Part shown: piece by piece, positions 9,825-19,224 of the stretch
How the letters are laid out: every line of letters starts with the position of its first letter
Position numbering within the stretch: the stretch's first letter is position 1
Assembly (NCBI GenBank): GCA_964621595.1
Contig: CAZUPO010000002.1
Coordinates: forward strand, 12,047-76,046
DNA length: 64,000 nt
From: an uncultured Candidatus Saccharibacteria bacterium
GTDB lineage: Bacteria > Patescibacteriota > Minisyncoccia > Phycocordibacterales > UBA5272
Direction of reading: 5' to 3'
Program-made: the position numbers and the translations under genes
Notes under the pieces: model-generated
The model's database searches: none
What the model was told of the DNA's origin: nothing
The model's input: the letters and a program-made list of their open reading frames with translations, nothing else

Positions 9825-10038
9825 GTCTAGAGTATACCTACTTTTACTAATTTTGTAAAGTTTTTATGACATATTATACAACTACTATGTCCTTTAAATA
9901 TAATGATATTTAGCATAATTTACTAAATTACAACTTTATTTTTTACTGTCAATATATTTTCTGGCATACTGCTTTCAGACAAGAAAAGTTCCTTGAATCT
10001 AATGGGTCGCGACCTTATAGCGAGAAAGGAGGTGACTT

Positions 10039-10167
10039 ATGATGAGCGCCGAGGTTGTGGGCTTCTCGGGTGCCAGTTGCGACAAGCAGCGACCGACACG
10101 TACCGAGAAGGTCTCCGCCCTCAAGGCGCCGTCGAAGGGTGCAACATCCCCTTCCAAAGGCACCTAA
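10039..10167 (+). CDS. Small ORF encoding 42-aa peptide MMSAEVVGFSGASCDKQRPTRTEKVSALKAPSKGATSPSKGT; candidate precursor or leader peptide
   Basis: Strong SD AAAGGAGGTGA at 10026-10036, ATG at 10039, TAA at 10165-10167. GC-rich. Different frame from the listed 9993..10274 ORF, which has no SD. Confidence 0.35.
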   Translation: MMSAEVVGFSGASCDKQRPTRTEKVSALKAPSKGATSPSKGT

Positions 10168-10201
10168 GGGTGAAGCCTTCCCTGCAAAGGCAGGCAGAGT
10201 T

Positions 10202-10302
10202 GGGGGGAAACTCTGTTAATAAAACCCCCAAGCAGTCAATCAACAACTTAGTGACATTACGGTTGTTGATTTAGCCCGGTGAGCGTACTTCACCGGTTTT
10301 CT
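10202..10302 (+). promoter_or_regulatory. Three consecutive hairpins between the peptide ORF and the radical SAM gene; the last resembles an intrinsic terminator or attenuator
   Basis: GGGGGG...CCCCC at 10203-10229. AATCAACAAC/GTTGTTGATT at 10238-10271. CCGGTGA-GCGTACT-TCACCGG plus TTTTCT at 10276-10302. Confidence 0.45.
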
Positions 10303-10373
10303 ATCGGGGATGTAATTGAATATTGCATCTCAGTAGAGAACCTTGAAATCAAAACTACATAGGGAGAAATTCC

Positions 10374-11288
10374 ATGATCGCCATGACTGCTGTGCTACCT
10401 GCGGTTGGTGGTTGCAATCTCAAGTGCGCGGGATGTTTTATTAATCAGCGCAAAGAGACCAATACCATCGACATGCGTACTGAGGACTACTTGAGATTTT
10501 TCAAGGAAACCCTCGCGATGCCGGAAGTCAACTCGTTTTCCATCCAGGGGCACGAGGCGCTTCTTCCCAGTGTGTACGAACTCACCAAGGAGTTGCTACA
10601 CATGAGCTGGGATGCCGGGCTGGTGACGTTGCTCGTCACCAATGGCGTGTACCTCAAAGAGGTCGCGCATGAGATTGTGCAAATCACTGACAGCATCATC
10701 GTGTCGGTAGATAGCCACAATCCGGCCCTGCATGACCTCTCGAGAGGAGAGCAGGGTGCCTGGCAAAAAACCATTGGCGGCATACAAGCCGTTCGTGATT
10801 GCTTTGAGGACGGAGTGGTTGGCGATGAGGTGTTCTCAAAATACATCTCTGTTGCATCCATTCTTTACCCGGGCAAGGTTGATCGCCTCCTTGGAATGCC
10901 GGAGCTTCTCAAGAAGCTTGGTGTTACCAACTGGGTGATAAGCCCGCTTATTTCCTTGAAAAGGGGAGGATACCACGACTCTGATTACATCCGCGTGAGG
11001 GAAAACCTCCTTCAACTTACCGAAATGGGTAAGACGCACGGTGTCAGGGTTGCTCTTTCCGACGAGTTTCGGAAACTAGAGCATGTGGAAGACCTTTTCA
11101 AGGCCTTGAGCGTCGATACGCTGGACAAAAATGCGACAATCGTAAGGTTGTCTCCTGATGCTTCAGTACGCGTCGGAAGAGAGATTCTTCAAGAAGAATC
11201 TTTTCGCAAATGGGACAGGAGAGAAGATCCTGTTGAGTTCCTCAAGGGGGCTCTTGCCGAATACAAGATTCGGTACTCCAATGTCTAG
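10374..11288 (+). CDS. Radical SAM enzyme (CxxxCxxC), no obvious SPASM domain
   Basis: GGCNLKCAGCF motif at residues about 12-21. SD AGGGAGA 7 nt upstream. GC-rich codon usage. Confidence 0.8.
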   Translation: MIAMTAVLPAVGGCNLKCAGCFINQRKETNTIDMRTEDYLRFFKETLAMPEVNSFSIQGHEALLPSVYELTKELLHMSWDAGLVTLLVTNGVYLKEVAHEIVQITDSIIVSVDSHNPALHDLSRGEQGAWQKTIGGIQAVRDCFEDGVVGDEVFSKYISVASILYPGKVDRLLGMPELLKKLGVTNWVISPLISLKRGGYHDSDYIRVRENLLQLTEMGKTHGVRVALSDEFRKLEHVEDLFKALSVDTLDKNATIVRLSPDASVRVGREILQEESFRKWDRREDPVEFLKGALAEYKIRYSNV

Positions 11289-11576
11289 AATGGGCATCGA
11301 CCGCAGACCTTGGTCTGACTGCGGTATATAAATTAACAAGGACATCTGGTGGCGGTGAAATAAACGACACACAGGTACGTGAAGAGGTATAAAAGACTAA
11401 AGCCCTTCACAAAGCTCCATTGGTAGACGCGCTTAGACTACCCGCTGTGAACCGAGCGTGATCGTGGTTATGGGGAATTGAGTGTCTACACCTCTTCCCC
11501 ATCTTTATAAAGTTTCTAAAGTAATTTAGGAATTTTTAGAGATATGTTCTTTAAAACCAACCTAAGGGAGATACAC

Positions 11577-11954
11577 ATGAGCACCATGATCAATGTCCTC
11601 GTTGTTGACGATGAAGCATACATGATGGAAGTGGTGGCCTGGATGGCCAAAAAGTCTGGGGTCAATATGAGCCGGGCTAGCACCAGGGTGGAGATGGAAA
11701 AATTCCTGGGAGAATCGTCCTTCGACGCCATCCTCATGGATGGCAACCTCTCCGGATGGGGTACGACGCATGAACCCAATTTCCCCGGAGCATGGGTGGT
11801 GCATGAGCTTCGTGGTCGTGGTATCACAACGAAGATCTTCATGTTTTCGTCCGATGAGGAGCGTCTTGCGGAAGGAATCGCGCTGGGTGCAAATGGGGTC
11901 TTCAGCAAAAGGAAGAGTGACTGGAAGGAACTCGTCCAACTCGTGAAGAGTTAG
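11577..11954 (+). CDS. Stand-alone response-regulator receiver (CheY-like REC) domain protein
   Basis: INVLVVDDE acidic pocket, ILMDGNL phospho-acceptor Asp, FMFSSDEE and FSKRK motifs. SD AAGGGAGA before ATG 11577. No output domain. Confidence 0.7.
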   Translation: MSTMINVLVVDDEAYMMEVVAWMAKKSGVNMSRASTRVEMEKFLGESSFDAILMDGNLSGWGTTHEPNFPGAWVVHELRGRGITTKIFMFSSDEERLAEGIALGANGVFSKRKSDWKELVQLVKS

Positions 11955-11961
11955 GCACGAA

Positions 11962-11989
11962 GGGGCAACGAAAGTTGCTCCTTTTTTAT
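11962..11989. terminator. Hairpin terminator between the convergent REC gene and xth
   Basis: GGGGCAAC-GAAA-GTTGCTCC then TTTTTTATTT. Confidence 0.55.
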
Positions 11990-12757
11990 TTATACTGTCA
12001 CCTCAAGTGACACGGGGCAATGATCACTACCGTACACATCGTTCAGAATTTCTGCTTTCATAACTTTTTGTTTACTCTTCTTATTCACAAAAAAGTAATC
12101 TATTCTCCATCCGATATTTCTCTCACGTGCGCGAGTCTTTTGATCCCACCAAGAATATTTCACCACCTCGGTGTGCAACTCTCTAAAAATATCAACGAAG
12201 CCCTCCTGAATCACACGATCAATCCATGACCTCTCTACTGGTAGAAAGCCAATACTGTTTTCGTTTTCTTTTGGTCGCGCAATATCAATTTCCTGGTGAG
12301 CAACGTTTAGGTCTCCACAGAAAATAACCGTCTCGTATTTTTTCTGAAGGGCGCTGACATGCTTAAGAAATTTATCGTAGTATCGTAGTTTAAATTGGAA
12401 ATGCTCTTCGTCTCGACCCCCGTTTGGCATGTAACACGTTACAAATGCAAATGTTTTGAAATGCACGGTAATCGCACGGCCCTCAATATCAAATGAATTG
12501 TCTCCAAGACCATACTGCACTTTTTCTGGTTTTATTTTTGTATATACCGCCGTCCCTGAATAACCCTTTCGTTCCTTGGCACTATCAAAGTATGAGTAGT
12601 ACCCTGGTGGATTTTTTATTTCCTCCGAAAGTTGATCTGGTGTTGATTTTGTTTCTTGAATACCTATGATGTCGGCGCCCATAGAAAATAACTCCTGGAG
12701 TCCTCCCTTTTTATGCATTGCCCGTATTCCATTTACATTCCAAGAAATACATTTCAT
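11990..12757 (-). CDS. xth: Exodeoxyribonuclease III (AP endonuclease, Xth family)
   Basis: MKCISWNVNGIRA...GADIIGIQETK. Start chosen at the MKCISWNVNG Met; the track ORF extends 40 codons further upstream. Confidence 0.85.
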   Translation of the reverse strand: MKCISWNVNGIRAMHKKGGLQELFSMGADIIGIQETKSTPDQLSEEIKNPPGYYSYFDSAKERKGYSGTAVYTKIKPEKVQYGLGDNSFDIEGRAITVHFKTFAFVTCYMPNGGRDEEHFQFKLRYYDKFLKHVSALQKKYETVIFCGDLNVAHQEIDIARPKENENSIGFLPVERSWIDRVIQEGFVDIFRELHTEVVKYSWWDQKTRARERNIGWRIDYFFVNKKSKQKVMKAEILNDVYGSDHCPVSLEVTV

Positions 12758-12819
12758 GTGCTGTTGAATGATATTTAAAGAATACTCTTTTTGATTCAAA
12801 AAACAAAACCGTACTGTCT

Positions 12820-13512
12820 CTACACACCAAAACGTCGATTTCGTTTTGCATATTCCGCAAGGGCTTCGCGAAAACACTCCTTCGTAAAATCCGGGAAATT
12901 CCTTTCATCAAAGATCCATTCTGCGTAGGCACCCTGCAGGGGCATGAATCCCGATGTTCTTTTTTCTCCACTTGTTCGAATGATAAGATCTGGGTCTGGG
13001 ATATTGAGGCGTCGTGTGTCCAGGTATGAAAATATTTCTGAGTCGCCACGAGCAAGCATTTCTTGTGTTGCTCTTTCTACCTCATCATGGCCACCATAGT
13101 CTACGGCCATACATATACAAAAATCAGAAAAATCTTTTGTATCTTCTTCGATTGCTTCTATTGCTTTTTGAATACGAGGAGAGAGGCGATCTTTTCTTCC
13201 GAGATGCACTACTTTTGTTTTTTCTTGTAGTGCTTCCTTATGTAATTCTTCTAGGCCGTGCGCAATAAGTAGTGAGAGTTGGTTTACTTCATCCTTTGAT
13301 CTTGACCAGTTTTCTGTAGAGAACGCCCATAGGGTTAAGTACAAGACTCCTTCATCTCTTGCACTTCGTATAAGTTCTTTTATACGAGCATATCCTTCCA
13401 TGTGCCCCGCGGCAGCCGGAAGACCGCGTTCTTTTGCCCAGCGACGGTTACCGTCGGGGATAATCGCAACGTGTTGCGGAACGTGTTGCGGGGGAGTGGC
13501 GTCAGAATCCAT
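12820..13512 (-). CDS. uppS: Undecaprenyl diphosphate synthase
   Basis: HVAIIPDGNRRWA and YLTLWAFSTENWSR motifs. Confidence 0.9.
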   Translation of the reverse strand: MDSDATPPQHVPQHVAIIPDGNRRWAKERGLPAAAGHMEGYARIKELIRSARDEGVLYLTLWAFSTENWSRSKDEVNQLSLLIAHGLEELHKEALQEKTKVVHLGRKDRLSPRIQKAIEAIEEDTKDFSDFCICMAVDYGGHDEVERATQEMLARGDSEIFSYLDTRRLNIPDPDLIIRTSGEKRTSGFMPLQGAYAEWIFDERNFPDFTKECFREALAEYAKRNRRFGV

Positions 13513-13540
13513 AAAGTTTATAAACTATATCATATATTAT

Positions 13541-13570
13541 TATAAAAAAAGAAACTGAGAGGGGTCCTCT
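13541..13570 (-). terminator. Terminator for the small GC-rich ORF (minus strand)
   Basis: On the minus strand GAGAGG-ACC-CCTCTC followed by a 9-T run (A-run 13544-13553 on +). Confidence 0.45.
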
Positions 13571-13590
13571 CGGTCGTGCAACCGGTGCAC

Positions 13591-13836
13591 TCATTCACCC
13601 GCACCGGGGCGCCCGCACCTGCGATGAAAGCAGGGCTCTTCCTCCGGAGTCCCACACTCTTTCACGGTGCAGGACTTGCTTGGAGGAAAGAACGTGTCGC
13701 TGAGCGGGGGTTTCCAGCCATCGTTGAACGGAAGCGTCACCAGCCCCGCAGCGACCATCTGGCGCCCGGCAGAGCTGGCGACCGGATGACTCACGCTTGC
13801 CTCGTCAGCGGTCGGTGTATTGGCGTCTCGAGCCAT
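13591..13836 (-). CDS. Small GC-rich hypothetical protein (81 aa) with C-terminal four-Cys cluster
   Basis: SD AAAGGAGGA then ATG (rc of 13834-13836). MARDANTPTADEAS...CTVKECGTPEEEPCFHRRCGRPGAGE. Promoter-like TTGACT-N16-TACACT upstream on minus at about 13851-13885. Confidence 0.45.
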   Translation of the reverse strand: MARDANTPTADEASVSHPVASSAGRQMVAAGLVTLPFNDGWKPPLSDTFFPPSKSCTVKECGTPEEEPCFHRRCGRPGAGE

Positions 13837-13890
13837 ACCATCCTCCTTTTCGGTTAAAGTGCTTTCAGTGTACAATAATTTTATAAAAAG

Positions 13891-14847
13891 TCAACCATGA
13901 TCCTTCTTTCTTTTGGTGTGGAACTTCTCAAACTGATCCCTCAGGAATTTGTTGGTAACGTTGGTATAGATCTGTGTCGTTGCAATCGACGCATGACCAA
14001 GCATCATTTGTACCGTACGTAAATCCGCTCCATTATAAAGAAGATCAGTTGCGAATGAGTGACGTATGACGTGTGGTGTGCACTTCTTGGCAATGCCTGC
14101 ACGCTCGGCATACTTGTTCACTGTGCGCTCTACACTGCGCGGGGTAAGGCGAATAGATTCTTCTTTTTCGATACGTGCCGCGGCCCGAGGCGAGTGATCA
14201 ACAAACATTGCTTCATCTATATCTACCCTCTCTCGAAGATATGCTTTCACTGCATCATGAGCATGAGAAGACACAAAAACCACGCGAATTTTTCCACCCT
14301 TTCCACGTACGGAAATTTCTCCATTTCCAAGATCAATATCTCTATCGAGTGAACAGAGTTCGGACACGCGAAGCCCAGTTGAAAAGAGAAGTTCAAGCAT
14401 GGCGCGGTCACGCAAACCAGCGAGGGTCTTTGCATCCGGCGCCGAAAGAAGAAGAGAGAGTTCTTTTTCACTAATTAAATCAAGTTCTCTCCCGACTGTC
14501 TTTGCTAGTTCAATTCGCTCTGGATCATACCCCTTGATACCTTTGCGGCGCACATATTTGAGAAATGCTCGAAGAGCTATGAGGTGATAGTTCTGTGTTT
14601 TTTTATCGAGCGTTTCTTGTGCTTGCCCTTTTTTCTGTTTGCGTGCTGGGTGACGATTTAAATAAATTCGATACTCTCGCATGAGTGCTTCTGTAATTTC
14701 AGAAGGGGAGGAAACTTTGTGAACCTTTTCAGCGAATTCTAAAAAGCGAGAAATGTAGTGATCGTAGTTGCGCACAGTGAGTGCTGATCGACCTTTTTCG
14801 ATTTCGATGTATTGTAAAAAATCTTGTTTGAGAGAAAACAAATCCAT
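13891..14847 (-). CDS. Tyrosine site-specific recombinase XerC/XerD family
   Basis: C-terminal catalytic region HVIRHSFATDLLYNGADLRTVQMMLGHASIATTQIYTNV (R..HxxR..Y). Start taken at MDLFSLKQ. Confidence 0.85.
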   Translation of the reverse strand: MDLFSLKQDFLQYIEIEKGRSALTVRNYDHYISRFLEFAEKVHKVSSPSEITEALMREYRIYLNRHPARKQKKGQAQETLDKKTQNYHLIALRAFLKYVRRKGIKGYDPERIELAKTVGRELDLISEKELSLLLSAPDAKTLAGLRDRAMLELLFSTGLRVSELCSLDRDIDLGNGEISVRGKGGKIRVVFVSSHAHDAVKAYLRERVDIDEAMFVDHSPRAAARIEKEESIRLTPRSVERTVNKYAERAGIAKKCTPHVIRHSFATDLLYNGADLRTVQMMLGHASIATTQIYTNVTNKFLRDQFEKFHTKRKKDHG

Positions 14848-14902
14848 TCTCACAAGTATACTCCAGTGTCGCACAATATTACCCAGACTTGTTCACCTGG
14901 TC

Positions 14903-14945
14903 ACCAAAATAAAAAGAACGCCCTCCTCGCGGGGGCGCGAAAGAG
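14903..14945 (-). terminator. GC-rich hairpin terminator downstream of the 14975..15595 gene
   Basis: CGCCCTCC-TCGCG-GGGG-CGCGA-AAGAGGGCG compound hairpin, then a T-run on the minus strand. Confidence 0.4.
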
Positions 14946-14974
14946 GGCGGGTTGGGGGTCGGTCGGAAGGATGA

Positions 14975-15595
14975 CTACCGGCTGGAGAAGGGGAAGGCGA
15001 TGACCTTGATCGCCAACTCCTCGGCAATCGTCTCGCCGTCGCGATTTGCCACAGACGTCATCCACCGTTCGACATGCAGGAGGTTGTTCTCTCGGTGCAC
15101 CGAGACCGTCGTCTCGACATTACCGTTTAGACGCATCGCGATGGTCTCGAATCCGATGAGACCCTTCATGATGTTACCGTCGTCGTCGATGAGGACGATG
15201 CGGCACGTCTTCAGGTACCGCGGCAACATGCGCACGACCACGTCACCGGTGGTGCAACTGCCGGGGTTCTTGAGGGCGGTGATCGGTCGAGGCAACCTGC
15301 GCTCCTCGATCAGATCGCTACCTCGATAGACCGTAATCGAACGCGATCCGCCTCGCATGAGGTGCGTGCTGCGCTCTTCCTTGCCGGTCTCGAGCGACCG
15401 CTCCGAGATGATGAACCCCTCGGATGCGGCGGTCACGACCGCCATGGTGTCGTAGGACACCGGCAGGCGAACCACCTGGCCAGAGGTGCGCTCGACGCGA
15501 TAACCTGTGACCTGGTAGAGGTACTTCCCTTCGTCACCCTGGGCAAACGCGCCGAAGGAAACGAAGGAAAGGACAAACAAGATGAGGGTGTGCAT
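14975..15595 (-). CDS. Secreted hypothetical protein (206 aa), GC-rich cassette 4
   Basis: Signal peptide MHTLILFVLSFVSFGAFAQG. SD AAGGAGG 6 nt before ATG. GC-rich codons. Confidence 0.55.
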   Translation of the reverse strand: MHTLILFVLSFVSFGAFAQGDEGKYLYQVTGYRVERTSGQVVRLPVSYDTMAVVTAASEGFIISERSLETGKEERSTHLMRGGSRSITVYRGSDLIEERRLPRPITALKNPGSCTTGDVVVRMLPRYLKTCRIVLIDDDGNIMKGLIGFETIAMRLNGNVETTVSVHRENNLLHVERWMTSVANRDGETIAEELAIKVIAFPFSSR

Positions 15596-15649
15596 GCGGC
15601 CTCCTTGAGGCTTAGCGGGTTTAGGGATTGGGGGAACTGAAGGATTTTT

Positions 15650-15678
15650 ATACTACAATGTTTTTTGTAATGAGTCAA
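15650..15678 (-). promoter_or_regulatory. Putative sigma70 promoter (TTGACT-N17-TAGTAT) for the 14975..15595 gene
   Basis: On minus: -35 rc of 15673-15678, -10 rc of 15650-15655, 17-nt spacer. Divergent from the rpsO promoter. Confidence 0.45.
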
Positions 15679-15743
15679 ATTTCGCAATTGCCTATATTTC
15701 TTAAATCCCAGAAAATGCTTGTTTTTCTTTATGTTCCTGGGGG

Positions 15744-15772
15744 TTGCATTTTTAAAAAAAGTGTGCTACTAT
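15744..15772 (+). promoter_or_regulatory. Putative sigma70 promoter of rpsO (TTGCAT-N17-TACTAT)
   Basis: -35 at 15744-15749, -10 at 15767-15772. Confidence 0.45.
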
Positions 15773-15795
15773 ATAGGGATAGACATTTAAATACT

Positions 15796-16059
15796 ATGCT
15801 AACAGCGCGAAAAAAGACTAAGGCTATTAAAGACGCACAAATTCATGTGAAGGACACAGGGTCTCCTGAGGTTCAAATTTCACTTTTGAGTAAGAAAATT
15901 ACAGAACTTACAAACCATCTTAAGGTTCATAAGAAGGATAACCACTCACGTCGTGGACTTATCCATATGGTTGCTTCACGTAGAACACACCTCAAGTACC
16001 TAGAAACAACAAACAAGAAGCGTTATTCTACTATCGTGAGTAAACTCGGTCTTAAGTAA
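15796..16059 (+). CDS. rpsO: 30S ribosomal protein S15
   Basis: [69 protein letters not shown]. The track ORF starts 56 codons upstream, inside the promoter region. Confidence 0.9.
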   Translation: MLTARKKTKAIKDAQIHVKDTGSPEVQISLLSKKITELTNHLKVHKKDNHSRRGLIHMVASRRTHLKYLETTNKKRYSTIVSKLGLK

Positions 16060-16177
16060 GATCTTCACTATCCTTTTTCTTCTATCGCGCCCCGTGGTAT
16101 ACAGTGTCTTGGGATCTATTTTTTAATACGTAATCAGTTTTTGGAACATATAACCAAAAACATATCTATATACAATT

Positions 16178-16804
16178 ATGTCAGTTATAAAACACGGCGA
16201 CCAGCGTGTCGCAGTATTTATCGATACACAAAACCTGTATCACAGTGCAAAAAATCTCTACAATTGCAAAGTAAACTTTGGTGCCATTATGGAGACGGCC
16301 GTAGGGAAACGAAAACTAATCCGCTCCATCGCGTATGTTATTACCACAGAAGCTGGAGATGAGACAAACTTCTTCGAGGCTCTCACAAAAATTGGAATTG
16401 AGACCAAAACGAAAGACCTGCAAGTTTTCTACGGTGGAGCAAAGAAGGCCGATTGGGATGTTGGGTTGGCGGTTGATGCAATTCGACTCGCCCCAAAGGT
16501 TGATACCATTGTCCTTGCAACGGGGGATGGGGACTTTGTTCCTCTTGTGAATTTCCTTAAGGAGCACTTTGGTGTACAAGTTGAGGTCGTTTCTTTTGGA
16601 AGATCATCGGCGACAAAACTTCGTGAGGCGTGTGAGGATTTTGTCGATATGTGTGAGCAGCCAGAAAAATATCTTATTGGATATCGCATCCGACGCACAC
16701 CACGAAAATATAAACCCACTGATCGCCGTAAGGTTGCTGAAAAAACCGATGCCACTGTCCAAAGTTTTTCAGATGAAGATCTGGGCATATTTGGTGGTGA
16801 GTAA
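16178..16804 (+). CDS. NYN-domain (LabA-like) protein
   Basis: VAVFIDTQNLYHSAKNL...LATGDGDF, typical NYN/LabA fold motifs. Confidence 0.7.
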   Translation: MSVIKHGDQRVAVFIDTQNLYHSAKNLYNCKVNFGAIMETAVGKRKLIRSIAYVITTEAGDETNFFEALTKIGIETKTKDLQVFYGGAKKADWDVGLAVDAIRLAPKVDTIVLATGDGDFVPLVNFLKEHFGVQVEVVSFGRSSATKLREACEDFVDMCEQPEKYLIGYRIRRTPRKYKPTDRRKVAEKTDATVQSFSDEDLGIFGGE

Positions 16805-16911
16805 TAATTCGTTTTTATGTTTTGAAAAACGAACCTCGTTACGATGGTAACGGGGTTTGTTTTTCACAGGTGAACTAAAAATCATCCGCAAAAATCTGGT
16901 ACACTTCTACT

Positions 16912-17670
16912 ATGGCTGTACCCATTGAAACATTTGAACACAATATTGCGGAAGAGATACGCAACAAGGAGGCATCACTAACGGATATTGCATCCGCTAC
17001 CGATGAAACAAAAAAAGTAGACGCCGCGCAGCAACAAGAAGAAAAGCACACCTCTCATCTTTTTATGATCGCAAGTGTACTTATTCTGTGTGCTGTTATT
17101 GGGATTGTTTCTCTTGGGTACCTTTACGCGGTTGGGAAATTTGATCCATTCAAACCAACAGAGCAGGAACTTGCTGCAGAAAAAGAAAAGCAGTTGCGAC
17201 CAACGACTTCGCTTTCCTCTATATCCCCGACACTTAATACTGCTCTTGGTCGATATGTTGCTCGAGTAGAAAAATCAAACAAAGGCGTCGTACTCTACCT
17301 AAATGCATATCCTCCAGTCTTCACCTATATGCTTAAGAATGAGTCCTCATATGCCGACGAACTCTCGGCAGCAATTGGTGTTGCACGAGAAACAAAGGGT
17401 GTTAAACGGGACACTGTTACCGTTGCTACAAGTAGTACGGTGGTAGATGGAACAACCACACTTGTAACATCTGTCTCAACGTCAACAGAGGTGTACTTTG
17501 CTCCTCCTTTTGCTTTTAATGATATTACTGTAAGTAATCAAAACATGCGCATAGCAACCTCTGGTTCAAGCACCGTTGTCTACGCATTCTTGGGAGACAG
17601 GGCACTTCTTATTTCCACATCAACCCAAGGCATTCTCTCTCTTCGCAGTAGCACACTCAATGCAAAATAA
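16912..17670 (+). CDS. Hypothetical membrane-anchored S/T-rich protein
   Basis: Single TM LFMIASVLILCAVIGIVSLGYLY. No recognisable domain. Confidence 0.45.
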   Translation: MAVPIETFEHNIAEEIRNKEASLTDIASATDETKKVDAAQQQEEKHTSHLFMIASVLILCAVIGIVSLGYLYAVGKFDPFKPTEQELAAEKEKQLRPTTSLSSISPTLNTALGRYVARVEKSNKGVVLYLNAYPPVFTYMLKNESSYADELSAAIGVARETKGVKRDTVTVATSSTVVDGTTTLVTSVSTSTEVYFAPPFAFNDITVSNQNMRIATSGSSTVVYAFLGDRALLISTSTQGILSLRSSTLNAK

Positions 17671-19224
17671 ATGAGCGTTGGAACATTATCAACAGCACAT
17701 ATTGTTGGTTTAGAGGGACAAAAGGTCGACGTAGAGGTTGATGTTTCTAATGGACTCTTCCACGTTTCCATTGTTGGGTTGCCGGACAAAGCAATCGATG
17801 AGAGTCGAGACAGAATTCTCTCTGCGCTAAAAAATAGTGGACTTAAAAATCCAAAAACAGAAAATCATCGAGTAACTGTTTCTTTGTCGCCTGGACATAA
17901 CAAGAAGGAGGGGTCACATTTTGACACACCGATACTCCTTGCATACCTTGTCGCATCCAAGCAACTACACATTCCAAAAGATGTTGGGTGGTTTTTTGGC
18001 GAACTTTCTCTTACAGGTGAACTTATCCCTCTTCAAGGAACACTATCCCTTGTAGAGTGCGCGAAGAGACATGGTGCTACCGCTGTCTATGTGCCATATG
18101 CCAACAGAGAAGAGGCGGCGCTTGTCGGGGATCTTGTTGTGTACGGATGTAAGACAATAGAAGAGATTGTTTTACATCTTGGGGGGGAAACTTTTGGTAA
18201 AGGCCTTATTTCCTCAATTACCCCAACACCAAAAACTCTCATCACATACAAAGAACCGGGATCACTCATAGATTTTAAAGATATAAAAGGTCAAGCAACA
18301 GCAAAGCGTGCGCTTGAAATTGCGGCAGCTGGGGGACACAACATCGCACTCTACGGACCGCCAGGAACTGGGAAGACACTTCTTGCCAAAGCCTTCACGG
18401 GGATACTTCCACCACTTACACAAGAAGAGATACTCGAAGTAACTCGTATTCACTCTCTAGCAACAACCTCTCGTGATCTTGTGACACATCCGCCACTTCG
18501 TGCCCCACATCATACCGCTTCATATGTATCGCTTGTGGGTGGTGGAGCAAGTCCACGACCAGGGGAGATAACTCTTGCACACCGCGGGGTACTCTTTTTA
18601 GATGAGTTTCCGGAGTTTGATACAAAGGTCATCGAGTCCCTACGTGAACCACTAGAGGAGGGGAGTATCACAGTCTCTCGGGCCAAAGGAACGTTTTCTT
18701 TTCCGGCGTCGTGCACACTCTTAGCCGCAATGAACCCGTGTCCATGCGGCTACACCGGGAGTAAAGTAAAAAGGTGTGTCTGTAAACCATCAGATATCGC
18801 TCGTTACGTGAGAAAGTTGTCTGGCCCAATTGTGGATCGTATTGATATGTGGGTTCCTGTTCAACATGTAGATTATGCAACGCTTACCTTGCGTGAGGGA
18901 GCAGAACACAGTGAAATAGTTCGGGAGAGAGTTCGTCGGGCAAGAGAGTTTGCTCAAAAACGGTTTACGCAACACTCGATGTCTAGTACAAAAAATAAAG
19001 ACATTAAATCCAAAGATATTCAAACCCTTGTTCCATTAGAGAAATCTGTTGCGGCGTCTCTCGAGAGATTAAGCAAGAGTGCTTCTCTTTCACCACGCTC
19101 GTACCATCGAGTGCTGCGACTTGCAAGAACTATCGCTGACTTACGAGAAAGCGCTACTGTGGAAGAGCAGGACATCCTTGAGGCTTTCCAATACAGACCA
19201 AAACTTTATCAAGAATTACTTTAG
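17671..19224 (+). CDS. comM: Mg-chelatase-like AAA+ ATPase YifB/ComM family
   Basis: IKGQATAKRALEIAAAGGHNIALYGPPGTGKTLLAKA. C-terminal ChlI-like region. Confidence 0.85.
   Translation: MSVGTLSTAHIVGLEGQKVDVEVDVSNGLFHVSIVGLPDKAIDESRDRILSALKNSGLKNPKTENHRVTVSLSPGHNKKEGSHFDTPILLAYLVASKQLHIPKDVGWFFGELSLTGELIPLQGTLSLVECAKRHGATAVYVPYANREEAALVGDLVVYGCKTIEEIVLHLGGETFGKGLISSITPTPKTLITYKEPGSLIDFKDIKGQATAKRALEIAAAGGHNIALYGPPGTGKTLLAKAFTGILPPLTQEEILEVTRIHSLATTSRDLVTHPPLRAPHHTASYVSLVGGGASPRPGEITLAHRGVLFLDEFPEFDTKVIESLREPLEEGSITVSRAKGTFSFPASCTLLAAMNPCPCGYTGSKVKRCVCKPSDIARYVRKLSGPIVDRIDMWVPVQHVDYATLTLREGAEHSEIVRERVRRAREFAQKRFTQHSMSSTKNKDIKSKDIQTLVPLEKSVAASLERLSKSASLSPRSYHRVLRLARTIADLRESATVEEQDILEAFQYRPKLYQELL

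Noticed and set aside
13560-13870. GC-rich 300-bp segment considered as a structured RNA gene (RNase P RNA, tmRNA, SRP RNA)
   Set aside because: It lacks the conserved RNase P (GGAAAGUCCGG, AGGGUGAAA), tmRNA tRNA-like end, or SRP domain IV motifs. It instead carries a strong SD, an 81-codon ORF and a T-run terminator on the minus strand, so it is called a CDS.
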